Source: Verrucomicrobiota bacterium
GTDB lineage: Bacteria; Verrucomicrobiota; Lentisphaeria; JABSQK01; JAJFLO01
Direction: 5' to 3'
NCBI GenBank assembly: GCA_021772675.1
Contig: JAJFLO010000068.1
Span: 5,429-69,428, forward strand
DNA length: 64,000 nt
Part shown: in pieces, positions 19,092 to 28,677 of the stretch
Position numbering within the stretch: the first letter of the stretch is position 1
Layout of the letters: every line of letters starts with the position of its first letter
Position numbers and translations under genes: made by a program
Notes under the pieces: generated by a model
Told to the model about the DNA's origin: nothing
Database searches by the model: none
Seen by the model: only the letters and a program-made list of their open reading frames with translations

Positions 19092-20437
19092 TTGAAATAC
19101 CGTTTCAATAAATTTTTTTCGTTGGGATCCAGTGATTCACGCCAAACCGTTTCGCCGCCCTTACCCATTTCCTTTATATTTCCGGCATTAGCGGGACCAT
19201 TGTATGCATTCGGATTGATATCGTGTTCACCCTTTATATATCCAAGCTGATCTCCAAGGATAGGCTTGGACGTGTCCTTGTTGCTGACGGATTCAATTTT
19301 TGTCGATCCCAAACTCGTCGGTTCGCTGTTTAGCTGAATAGGCAGGGAACCCGGTCCCTCGCTGACACCTCCACTACCCATCGTTGCCAAAAGCAACGTT
19401 GATGCATCTTTACTATCCAACCCCTCACTCAAACTAATCTCGCAGCCTTCGATACCTTCAGCAAGCTGTTTTTGTAAATCTGCTAATTGTTCCTTACTCA
19501 ATTGTTTTAACTGATTTGGGTCAATACTTTTTAACTGCTCCATTAGCTTTGAATTGACTGAGAGATCCGAATTGCTAAGATTGTCCAGAATTTTCTTCCA
19601 GTCAGATGCTGATTTTTTGAGTATTTCCTCAAGAGATTTATCACCCTTGGTAAATGTGTCTAGCATTGAAGTATTATCATCCCCTAATGATAATTTCTGG
19701 AGCTGATTAATGGTTAATAGGGTATTTTGGGCTAATTCAAGGTTACGTTCCAATGCTTCGATTGACATCTTTGCCTGTTCTCGAAGCCGGTCACCCCCCT
19801 CCAAACTACTATGATTATACCAGGAATCTTGAGGTTGGTTACGCAACATTTCGATCTGTTTCTCCAGCTTATTTAAAGCGTCCTTGTCAACAATTTCATA
19901 AGTTTTTAATGTGTCAATCCATGAATCAACTTCGGTCCAGGATATCGGTTCTTCAAGAGAGTATTGGGTTGTTTCCTCCGAGATATAAAACGGGATCCAT
20001 ATCGCACTGCCCATCAGTAACAAAATCATTAAAATTGGGCCAACAATATGTCTTGGACTCCATACGAGGCCAGAAGATTCATATTCTTCATAACCAGGCC
20101 ACTCACCCACTCCCTGATAGGCACTGTAAAGTCGATTATTTAATTTCAATCGATCATCTAATCGAATTAGTACATCTCTTGTGTCGTAAAAGCGAGTCCG
20201 ATTTTTGAAGTAGCTGAGAATAGCCAAACCAACTAATAGGCAATAAAAGAGACACCACAATAGAACTAAACCAACGACTGACAGACCGTTTCGCTTAACG
20301 ATAAATATCAGACAAGTTGTTATGCCACTTGTGATAATAGCTCCGGGTAAAAACGTACTGAGACACCAGGCAAAATTAATTTTCCATGCAATTCTTTTTG
20401 CTGTAGTAAGCCAATTTTTTTGGGTACATTCACTCAT
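19088..20437 (-). CDS. Membrane-anchored coiled-coil hypothetical protein (first gene of MoxR operon)
   Basis: Three TM segments, helical region, C-terminal LL.RYF; start moved to MSECTQ because upstream DNA is a repeat element. Confidence 0.7.
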   Translation of the reverse strand: MSECTQKNWLTTAKRIAWKINFAWCLSTFLPGAIITSGITTCLIFIVKRNGLSVVGLVLLWCLFYCLLVGLAILSYFKNRTRFYDTRDVLIRLDDRLKLNNRLYSAYQGVGEWPGYEEYESSGLVWSPRHIVGPILMILLLMGSAIWIPFYISEETTQYSLEEPISWTEVDSWIDTLKTYEIVDKDALNKLEKQIEMLRNQPQDSWYNHSSLEGGDRLREQAKMSIEALERNLELAQNTLLTINQLQKLSLGDDNTSMLDTFTKGDKSLEEILKKSASDWKKILDNLSNSDLSVNSKLMEQLKSIDPNQLKQLSKEQLADLQKQLAEGIEGCEISLSEGLDSKDASTLLLATMGSGGVSEGPGSLPIQLNSEPTSLGSTKIESVSNKDTSKPILGDQLGYIKGEHDINPNAYNGPANAGNIKEMGKGGETVWRESLDPNEKNLLKRYFK

Positions 20438-20459
20438 TTTAATTATCCCCGAATTAACA

Positions 20460-20560
20460 TATACTGCACGTAGTAAATTTTTCGATATTCCCACCGCGGC
20501 GGATCATTTTGGGCAAAAACTTAACAGAAACCTGTCGAGAACCTGATCGCGATTGGTATA
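20460..20560. repeat. Partial MITE, TATACC-end family (homologous to 24345-24440)
   Basis: CAGAAACCTGTCGA(g/a)AACCTGATCGCG(a/t)TTGGTATA shared. Confidence 0.7.
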
Positions 20561-20665
20561 ACTTCGCCTTTTCCATTTCAATATTCAGGATAGAATAATA
20601 TGAATCTTGCGGATGAGGTGATGTTCCATTGACCATGAAAAAAGAAAGTTTACTAATCAGGTTAA

Positions 20666-20747
20666 CCTGCGTTATGCATAAACTTTTGTCATGAGAATTT
20701 TAAGCTTGCCTAAGAACAATGAGTTATGAATTTTATCCGCATGCAGG
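20666..20747. repeat. 82-bp CCTG...CAGG mini element (copies at 24931-25012 and 47826-47899)
   Basis: Shared AAC/GTTTTGT..TGAGA...CAATGAGTTATGAA core and CCTG/CAGG ends; this copy flanked by TTAA/CTAG. Confidence 0.75.
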
Positions 20748-20769
20748 CTAGTTATAAAAACGACAACAA

Positions 20770-22830
20770 TCATTTCCCACAGGCAATATAGATTCCTTCT
20801 TTATACTCTTTCGTAAAGATCTCAGGTTCATCTAGATAGCTTCGGCTTCGCTTAAGGAATTCCAGGGTAGGGCCATCATCAGGCCATTTTTGATTGAGAT
20901 TAGTAAATTTATAAAAACTATCCTGAAATTTTGATTGCATAAGTAACGTTCGGGCATCATTAAATTCAGAGATAAGATTGAAAAAATCACCCTGATTGGT
21001 GTTTTTTTCAAAAACCTGATAAATTCGAATTCCTTGTGTTTTACCCATCACTTGGACAGTATCTAATTCTCTAGTCAGTATTTTCTCACTAGAATCAGTG
21101 CAGGCTTTTATTAACGCCTCATACGTAGAGCCACTGATAATAATTGGCACATTGTATACTTTACATAGCCCCTCAAGTCTGGATGCCAAGTTAACTTCAT
21201 CTCCCAGCACTGTGTAATTCAGTCTGTTTTCAGTACCGACATTGCCAGCGACCAATTTTCCTGTGTTTATACCAATACCCATTTTTATTTTTTTGATAGG
21301 CGGATTAGCAGTATCGTTGTTGAATTTTTCCAACTCTTCTAACATTTCCTGTGCTGCAGAAACGGCTCTGACCACGTCATTCTTTTGATTATCAAGCACT
21401 CCAAAAACCGCCATCATCGCGTCGCCAATGTACTTGTCAATAATGCCATGTTGATGTTCAATACACTTACTCATATAGGTAAAATATTGATTCAGTAACT
21501 GAAGTATTGTTGTGGGTTGAAGACCTTCTGAAAGAGTTGTGAACTCTCGTATATCTGAGAATAGAATCGTCGCGTATTTTTCTTCCCCCCCCAGCTCTAT
21601 TTTTCCTTTTAACATCTCTTCAGCAATTTCCTTGGATACAACTTTATCCATTGCGGATCTTACTTGTTCCTTTTCCTCTAATCCCTGAGCCATTGAATTA
21701 AACGAATCTCCTAATAAAACAAATTCGTCATTTGAATTAATGTCCAGGCGATGTTTAAAATTGCCTTTTTCGATTTCGCTCGTCGCATTTTGCAGATAAC
21801 CAATGGGTTGGGTAATTTTCAGTGAAAATAGAAATCCAATTACAATCGCAAGGCAGACACCAATAAACCCTGTCAATACGATCTTTTTTAGTAATTTCCG
21901 CAAAAAGCTTAACTCTTTGTCGAGTGATTTTATGACCAAATATTCAGTTCCTATTTCATTTCGCCCCTTACTCATATAAGTAATAATTCCAGAATTGGAT
22001 TCGGAGAGGTCTCCAGCAACAGTGCTCCTAAAGGGCGTAATAAAATACAAAAACCGTTCGTTAAATAGACGGGTTTCGTTCAGGTCAGATTTTAAATGGA
22101 GTTTTTTTGTCTGACGCTTTGACGAAGCCGATATATCCATATTAAATTCCCGGATATATAAGTCATTCTGCTTCGGGTCGCTGCTCCATTTTGTTGATAG
22201 GAAAATCGTGGAACCATTCAAAAAAGCCAGTTCTACACCGCTAATTTCTTTGATCTTCCCAATTGCGTGCTCAGTAATACGTTTTCCAATACAAACCAAG
22301 CCTATCATTTCTTCATTTAAAAAATAAGGATCAATAACGATCTGGTAGAAACTGTCTTCACGATAAATAAATCCCAATCCGCTATCTCCATAATCCAGAC
22401 AATTCCGGAATATGGAGAATTTCTTCAAATCATCGATGACATTTTTTCCGGTGTTGTTGCTCGCAAGAATGTTTCCTTCAGTATCAGCGACGATGATAAG
22501 ATCAATATTTTCGCTGAAATAAGAATAAATTTCATCGGTAATGAGATCGTCCCGGGTCGCCTCGTCCATGTTTTTATCTGTTAATACTTCTTTAACATAA
22601 ACGTGGCCGATAATTGCATTTGTCGTATCTGATAGTCGTTTAAAACTTTCATCAAGATGGCCTCGGATCATGTCCTGGGTACTATAGAGATCGGAATGAA
22701 TGCGTGAGATAAACTGAGTTTCCAGATCATGTTTAACAATCTGGTAGGTAACAAATAACAAAACCAAAAGTATTAGTGAGATAATTAAGGTGAGCTTAAA
22801 CTTAAAAGGAACATACAATGCCTTTTTCAT
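20770..22830 (-). CDS. Class III adenylate cyclase with extracytoplasmic sensor and HAMP domain
   Basis: Two TM, HAMP, LFSDIREFT, IDKYIGDAMM, YTVLGDEVNLASRLE. Confidence 0.92.
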   Translation of the reverse strand: MKKALYVPFKFKLTLIISLILLVLLFVTYQIVKHDLETQFISRIHSDLYSTQDMIRGHLDESFKRLSDTTNAIIGHVYVKEVLTDKNMDEATRDDLITDEIYSYFSENIDLIIVADTEGNILASNNTGKNVIDDLKKFSIFRNCLDYGDSGLGFIYREDSFYQIVIDPYFLNEEMIGLVCIGKRITEHAIGKIKEISGVELAFLNGSTIFLSTKWSSDPKQNDLYIREFNMDISASSKRQTKKLHLKSDLNETRLFNERFLYFITPFRSTVAGDLSESNSGIITYMSKGRNEIGTEYLVIKSLDKELSFLRKLLKKIVLTGFIGVCLAIVIGFLFSLKITQPIGYLQNATSEIEKGNFKHRLDINSNDEFVLLGDSFNSMAQGLEEKEQVRSAMDKVVSKEIAEEMLKGKIELGGEEKYATILFSDIREFTTLSEGLQPTTILQLLNQYFTYMSKCIEHQHGIIDKYIGDAMMAVFGVLDNQKNDVVRAVSAAQEMLEELEKFNNDTANPPIKKIKMGIGINTGKLVAGNVGTENRLNYTVLGDEVNLASRLEGLCKVYNVPIIISGSTYEALIKACTDSSEKILTRELDTVQVMGKTQGIRIYQVFEKNTNQGDFFNLISEFNDARTLLMQSKFQDSFYKFTNLNQKWPDDGPTLEFLKRSRSYLDEPEIFTKEYKEGIYIACGK

Positions 22831-22839
22831 TATTTATCT

Positions 22840-23523
22840 TCAATAATTTTCCACTGGCTTTGAATAGGATTTGCCATATTTATTTTTATGTTTGAAGATT
22901 TGCCGCGATACACGGGTACTTCTGATGGAAAGATCAATTTTAACATCTTTATCAAGATTCAATTCCTGAGAAACTTTTCCTCCGTAAATATGCCATACAT
23001 GAATCGTATATTTCCCAGGTGGAATATCTTTTATATGGAAATCGCCTGCTCCATTAGTTACCGAAAAATAAGAATTTTCGAGAACAATAACATCGCAAAT
23101 CATTTGCTGATGAATATTACAATATACTTTATAAAACCCAGGGACCTCAAATATTTCTTCTCGATACAACCCCTTTTCGTATCGGTCGAAATCAAATGAT
23201 TTTTTTCTATCTTTACAAAATACGTTGTGCTGCACTTTGTCCTGATTCCAAAATTGTACTTTTTGACCTTCAACGACCGGTAGAAGTCGAGGCTCAAAAG
23301 TTTTTCCAATTTGCTCTGATTTGGCCGGATCTGGAGGAGGAATCGTTTTAATCCCAGAGATATAGACAATCGCATTTGAAGCATCTTTCAGCCGTTTGTT
23401 GCCACGCTTTTTATATACCTCTACGCTTCCACGAATATCAAACGCCCACAAAGAAGTAAGTGAAAAACAATAAACTAAAAAACAACAATAGTTCTTACAA
23501 GAAATCAAGGACTTGATCTGCAT
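22840..23523 (-). CDS. Exported cupredoxin-like / carboxypeptidase-regulatory-like protein
   Basis: Signal peptide; F.PR.L.V..G..V.F.N.D...HNVF; YCNIHQQM; IPPGKYTIHVWH. Confidence 0.75.
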   Translation of the reverse strand: MQIKSLISCKNYCCFLVYCFSLTSLWAFDIRGSVEVYKKRGNKRLKDASNAIVYISGIKTIPPPDPAKSEQIGKTFEPRLLPVVEGQKVQFWNQDKVQHNVFCKDRKKSFDFDRYEKGLYREEIFEVPGFYKVYCNIHQQMICDVIVLENSYFSVTNGAGDFHIKDIPPGKYTIHVWHIYGGKVSQELNLDKDVKIDLSIRSTRVSRQIFKHKNKYGKSYSKPVENY

Positions 23524-23953
23524 GAATATCTGTTTTCACTTTCTTAATTATCTTTTTAATAAGCCCTTCAGAGTTAATGACAAAAGTCGTCCGAAATATC
23601 CCCTGATACTTTTTCCCATACATTGATTTTTCACCCCATACACCATATGCATTTATGATTGTTTTATTTTCATCTGCCAACAAATGAAATGGCAACTCAA
23701 ATTTATTTGCAAAGCTCTTATGGGATTCAACAGAATCCGGGCTGACGCCAATTACAACCGCATCACTTTGTTGCAATCTGTCGATACCATCACGTAAAGA
23801 GCAGGCTTCTTTAGTACAACCTGGTGTATCATCTTTTGGATAAAAATAGAGAATTATATTTTTTCCTTTGAAATCATTAATTGAAATTTTATCACCATGC
23901 TGATTGGTTCCCTCAAAATAAGGAGCTTGAGATCCTTCTTTAACTTCTATCAT
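23495..23953 (-). CDS. bcp: Thioredoxin-dependent thiol peroxidase (Bcp/PrxQ)
   Basis: YFYPKDDTPGCTKEAC. Confidence 0.95.
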   Translation of the reverse strand: MIEVKEGSQAPYFEGTNQHGDKISINDFKGKNIILYFYPKDDTPGCTKEACSLRDGIDRLQQSDAVVIGVSPDSVESHKSFANKFELPFHLLADENKTIINAYGVWGEKSMYGKKYQGIFRTTFVINSEGLIKKIIKKVKTDIHADQVLDFL

Positions 23954-23995
23954 TGATCATTCCTTTAAAATTTACGTCCTTTATTTATGTAATAT

Positions 23996-24144
23996 CTCAC
24001 ATTTTAGATTTGTTATTCAAATATGATTAACTTGCAATCAAAACTGAGTAACGCGGTCATTCCTGGCTACGCAATTCACAAGGCATCTCAGCCAGGAATG
24101 GCCGAGTTACTTTAACAAATCAAAAATGAAACCTAAAATGTGAG
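23996..24144. mobile_element. MITE with CTCACATTTTAG terminal inverted repeats and internal REP-like doublet
   Basis: TIRs at both ends, TAATAT direct repeat on both flanks, internal GTAACGCGGTCATTCCTGGCT...AGCCAGGAATGGCCGAGTTAC. Confidence 0.75.
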
Positions 24145-24228
24145 TAATATGTTCCGTACCGAGAACCCGACTGCCACAAAACTGCACATGATATTTCTTG
24201 AGACCATAAATCAGTACGCATGGATATC

Positions 24229-24439
24229 ATACCAAACGCGATCGGGATTTCCATTCCTCATCCGGGATCGCAAAATCTACTGCTGGCAGTGTAAATAGAA
24301 TATCGGATTGTCAAAAACAGCCAGAATATATAATGAGATAAATGAAGTATACTGCAAGCAGTAGGTTTTTCGACATTCGTTATTCATTTCAGGCAACAAT
24401 TTTACAGAAACCTGTCGAAAACCTGATCGCGTTTGGTAT
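24229..24439. mobile_element. MITE with ATACCAAACGCGATC terminal inverted repeats
   Basis: Perfect 15-bp TIR; second partial copy at ~20460-20560. Confidence 0.75.
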
Positions 24440-24634
24440 ATAATCATTTTGGGTTGAGAGATGGCTTAGCCTGGATTATTCATAAACCTTCTATTACGAG
24501 TTATTATATCACATAATTTCAACGAGTTAACCGGCTGCGCCGGGATTTCTTATCGCGACAATAGGCAAAATCAATCCTGCTCACAAGCGGGACTGTACTC
24601 CGAACCTCTTATGCTATAAATTTAATTGCAGCTC

Positions 24635-24748
24635 GTTCGTAATCCCGTCTTCAGGCGGAAGTTTCAGGAGAGCTTCAGCGATTTCCTATGATGGAATGTC
24701 CTCGCTGAAGCATCGTTCAGGCTTCCGCCTGAAGGCGGGACTACAAAC
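24635..24748. repeat. REP doublet (REPIN-like), GTAG class
   Basis: GTTCGTAATCCCGTCTTCAGGCGGAAG / CTTCCGCCTGAAGGCGGGACTACAAAC; single arm also at 45593-45619. Confidence 0.8.
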
Positions 24749-25033
24749 GAGACACGCTCCTTATTCGAGATGTCCTATAATTTGATATAAGATTCAAAGT
24801 TTCAATAACTTAAAATACACTACCTATACTATCGAGTTATAAAATTCTACGAGATTGAAAGAGTTTCCACCCACCACGGCGCGTTATAAACCACGGCAGA
24901 TTTTCAACATTATTCTCTACGAGCTGGAAGCCTGCACGCGAATAATATTCATAACTCATTGATTTCACGCAATCTAATAACTCTCATCACAAAACTTTTT
25001 GCATAATCCAGGTTAGACGCTTGAATCAAGCGT

Positions 25034-25170
25034 CTTTGGAGTGGGGTGACCTGGCGCAGCTTTCATTTACCACAGAGTGGTAGGAAGGATTACTGCACCA
25101 CTCGATAAACACCCAACTTCTATTTGCTCCACAAATTTATAAAGCACAGCCGGGTCTGCGCACTCCAAAG
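25034..25170. repeat. Degenerate REP doublet, TTTGGAGTG class
   Basis: CTTTGGAGTG...CACTCCAAAG; same family as 44271-44439. Confidence 0.65.
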
Positions 25171-25223
25171 TGGAGCCTGTATTCAAAAATGCTTAGCGCA
25201 CTGGACATAATGTAATGTAAATA

Positions 25224-26021
25224 TCAATCGTAATCAGTATATTTTTCAGGTGAAATATATTTTAATCCAGAAGTGAAAGCATTAATTTTAATCGTAAGTT
25301 GATTTGCTGCACTTCTATTTGGATTGTCTGAGCTTGTATCCCCAGCGGTAAATGGATTTTTCACAAGCCAGAATCCAGCTAATTTGGTCGCTTCTCCAAT
25401 AGTAACATAACGATGCTCGCCCACCGGCCGCAACTTTCCCGATTTTGCGTATATAAGTGCTCGACATGTTGCTGTGAAATTTGTTGTATCATCGAATAGC
25501 GGTGCGTCAAATGGCACATTTGTAACTTCACTTGAATTATTATCTTCCGGATCCGTAGTGTATTTAATTGTTCCTACGATTTTTTGAATACCCACATCAT
25601 CGTCGGCTTCCATAATAGAATAACTTGTTGGTAGATACTCCCACTTTGTACCTCCAATCCAGCCGGTGAATGAATAAGTGGCGCCACTGAGAGTCACAGT
25701 AGCCAGCCGATATGCCCTAAATTTCTTTTCATCATCCAAATCCAGGGCCGGATTTTCGACAGGACTGACATTCGTCAATTCACCTGGAATTACTAATGCG
25801 ACATATTCACGATTTGATTGCGCATATTGACGAGCCAAATTTAATTGGGAACCAATCAATCGAACACTCGAATTTAGTTTGCTACTTGAGGTCATACTAT
25901 CAAAAACAGGAAGAAACATTCCAAGCATAAGCCCCATAATAACCATGACAACTAGCAATTCTACTAAGGAAAAGGGCCGAATGCGCGACTGATAGTGATT
26001 ATGTGAATGAGTATTGATCAT
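25224..26021 (-). CDS. Prepilin-type N-terminal cleavage/methylation domain protein (GspH/FimT-like pseudopilin)
   Basis: RPFSLVELLVVMVIMGLMLGMFLP followed by L.LARQYA.S. Confidence 0.85.
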   Translation of the reverse strand: MINTHSHNHYQSRIRPFSLVELLVVMVIMGLMLGMFLPVFDSMTSSSKLNSSVRLIGSQLNLARQYAQSNREYVALVIPGELTNVSPVENPALDLDDEKKFRAYRLATVTLSGATYSFTGWIGGTKWEYLPTSYSIMEADDDVGIQKIVGTIKYTTDPEDNNSSEVTNVPFDAPLFDDTTNFTATCRALIYAKSGKLRPVGEHRYVTIGEATKLAGFWLVKNPFTAGDTSSDNPNRSAANQLTIKINAFTSGLKYISPEKYTDYD

Positions 26022-26170
26022 AACGGTTAAATATAAATTGGATCGGATAAAAATCAACCGAAGTCATTTGTATTATTTACCTTTTAGATAAGGTGCAATA
26101 TCCGTATTTTTATACGACACAAAGCAAATCCATTTGTAATTGTGAAAGATTATTTTAAACTATTCAACAA

Positions 26171-26342
26171 GAGTGTGTATTCAAAATGTGAGTAACTCTG
26201 GTGAATGCCCGGATTGAGTTAAAAGTAACGCGGTTCCACGCAAAGCGGGACTAAATCTGTGATTTAGCTGGCTGCGCACATGGTATTCATTCGCCGCGGC
26301 GAACGATTTACTATTTGTCGCTCACATTTTGAATACACATTC
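26171..26342. mobile_element. MITE with GAGT(G/C)TGTATTCAAAATGTGAG TIRs
   Basis: 22-bp TIR; flanks ATTCAACAA / ATTGAACAA; homologous in reverse orientation to 45797-45938. Confidence 0.8.
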
Positions 26343-26380
26343 ATTGAACAATAACTCAATTACTTTTCTCACAAACAATT

Positions 26381-27214
26381 ATGCTGTATTTATTCTTATT
26401 CATAGCCATTTCACTTACAATTATATCGTTTCATAATTCAAAAAACCGGGAACGGCATCCTCTATGGTCAAATTTTAAATTAGATAGAATGCTGGGAACC
26501 AATTCCGCAACAGTGTTCTGGGCAACAAGTATACTGATCGCTATTATCATGCTAATTTTGGATTCCGAACCTGGAGAAACGAAAACGAAACATCAGCGAT
26601 TAGAAAATGAACGTGTCGCGCAGAAAGCGTTAGGCCACTATTTTGGCAAACGTTTTTCGCATTTGGCACAAGGAGAATCAAAGGTTTTGATCATTGATAA
26701 TGCAGGACATGAAGCTGGACGAAATTACCATGGAGCATTTGTTGAGGGTTTTGAATCAGGAATATTTCGTCACATCAGTGGAATTAAAGAAGAATTTGTT
26801 GGTTTGGAAAATAAGGAGTCAGAAAACGGAGAAAACACTTTTAATGTGGATCTTCATATTGACGCCGAAAAGATTGATGAATTGGTTACAAAAAACGAAG
26901 AGTGCAAAATCGTAATTCTTTTGACTGATCTTCCCAGAAATTTTATAGGCAGTAAAACCTGGATTAAAGTAAATCATAGAGAATTATTGTTGGGTATCGT
27001 GACCAGTAATGTCTATAATAAAGGTGGTATGATATTTGAGAGTGAAATTTCAGTTTGTGCTGTCCCGCGAACTTTATATAATTATGATAAATCATATCTG
27101 AATACGAATTTAGAGGAAGTATTTGCACTCAGATATATAGATATAAATCCAGAAAATGTAGCGGAGATGCTCAAAAAACACCGGCAATTATTTCAACCTT
27201 CGAATTCGCGATAA
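26381..27214 (+). CDS. Hypothetical membrane protein
   Basis: 277 aa ORF, two N-terminal hydrophobic segments. Confidence 0.6.
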   Translation: MLYLFLFIAISLTIISFHNSKNRERHPLWSNFKLDRMLGTNSATVFWATSILIAIIMLILDSEPGETKTKHQRLENERVAQKALGHYFGKRFSHLAQGESKVLIIDNAGHEAGRNYHGAFVEGFESGIFRHISGIKEEFVGLENKESENGENTFNVDLHIDAEKIDELVTKNEECKIVILLTDLPRNFIGSKTWIKVNHRELLLGIVTSNVYNKGGMIFESEISVCAVPRTLYNYDKSYLNTNLEEVFALRYIDINPENVAEMLKKHRQLFQPSNSR

Positions 27215-27237
27215 AGATACCTTCGCTCATTAAATTC

Positions 27238-28677
27238 TTAGCTCGATTCCTTTTTTATCATCTCAGAGGCCAACTGTGGATTTGCTTTCCCTTTACTGAA
27301 CTTCATTACTTGTCCTACCAGAAAATTCAACGCCGATGCCTTACCTTCTTTTAATTGTTGTACCGGTATGGGATTATTTTCGATTGCTCGTTTTACAAAC
27401 TCAAGAATTTCCTTGGTGTCTGTAACTTGTTTTAACCCCTTTTCATCTATGATAACTGATGCTGATTTTCGAGAAGAAAACATGTCATTAAAAACAGTCT
27501 TTGCGATTTTTCCATTAATGGTATTATCCGTTATCAGCAGGATTAATTCAGCAAAATCTTTTGGACTGATTGGACATTTGTCAAATGTTTTATTTGACTG
27601 GGACAATTCCCTTAACAACTCAACCATTATCCAGTTAGATGTCTTTTTAGGATTGGAGCCGAAGCGGATACATTGTTCAAAATAATCAGCACATGCTTTA
27701 TCTGATGTCAATACTGATGCATCATATTCAGGTATTGAAAATTCCTGAATAAAGCGGGCACATCGCTGACCTGGTGTTTCCGGAACTTCCTTCTTTAATT
27801 CCTCCAAATAATCCGAACTAATCTCTATCGGCATTAGGTCCGGTTCTGGAAAATATCGGTAGTCTGCTGCGTCTTCTTTTGTTCTCATTATATACGTTTC
27901 ACCGATATCATCATTCCAGCCTCTAGTTTGCTGAACAAGATGTCCCTTGCTCTCAAGAACATCAGATTGCCGCTCTATTTCATAGTGCAACGATTTGTGA
28001 ATCGCCTTAAAACTGTTCAGATTTTTTACCTCTGTTTTCGCATTTAATGTTGGAGATCCGGATGGTTTTACGGAAATATTAACATCACATCGCATTTGCC
28101 CCTTTTCCATATCACAATCACTGATATCTGCATATTGCATAATCTGTTTTAACGCGGTTAAATAGGCATAGGCTTCATCCGGTGTTGTCATGTCCGGTTC
28201 ACTGACAACTTCCATTAGAGGAACACCAGCTCGATTAAAATCAATCCCGCTGTATTGCTTAAAATGGGTTGATTTAGCAACATCCTCTTCCAAATGAATT
28301 CGGGTTATTCCAATGGTTTTTGTAGCAATTAATTCCTGCGAAAGCCCTTTGCCGGAAATAACCAGTTTCCCATCCTCACAAAACGGCAGATCATACTGGG
28401 AAATTTGGTAGTTTTTGGGCATGTCAGGATAAAAATAGCTCTTGCGATCAAATTTACTGTACAAAGCAATTTTACATTCACACATCAATCCCGCTAATAA
28501 TGTATTGCGAATTCCTTCTTTATTAGGAACCGGTAATACCCCGGGATATCCCATGCATACCGGACATACTAACGTATTCGGTTCTGCACCATATCGATTC
28601 GAACACCCACAAAACATTTTCGTATTTGTTCTAATCTGAACATGCACCTCTAATCCGATAACAACATCAAACTTCAT
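27238..28677 (-). CDS. gatB: Asp/Glu-tRNA amidotransferase subunit B
   Basis: MKFDVVIGLEVHVQ, FDRKSYFYPDMPKNYQISQ, DYRYFPEPDL. Confidence 0.98.
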   Translation of the reverse strand: MKFDVVIGLEVHVQIRTNTKMFCGCSNRYGAEPNTLVCPVCMGYPGVLPVPNKEGIRNTLLAGLMCECKIALYSKFDRKSYFYPDMPKNYQISQYDLPFCEDGKLVISGKGLSQELIATKTIGITRIHLEEDVAKSTHFKQYSGIDFNRAGVPLMEVVSEPDMTTPDEAYAYLTALKQIMQYADISDCDMEKGQMRCDVNISVKPSGSPTLNAKTEVKNLNSFKAIHKSLHYEIERQSDVLESKGHLVQQTRGWNDDIGETYIMRTKEDAADYRYFPEPDLMPIEISSDYLEELKKEVPETPGQRCARFIQEFSIPEYDASVLTSDKACADYFEQCIRFGSNPKKTSNWIMVELLRELSQSNKTFDKCPISPKDFAELILLITDNTINGKIAKTVFNDMFSSRKSASVIIDEKGLKQVTDTKEILEFVKRAIENNPIPVQQLKEGKASALNFLVGQVMKFSKGKANPQLASEMIKKESS

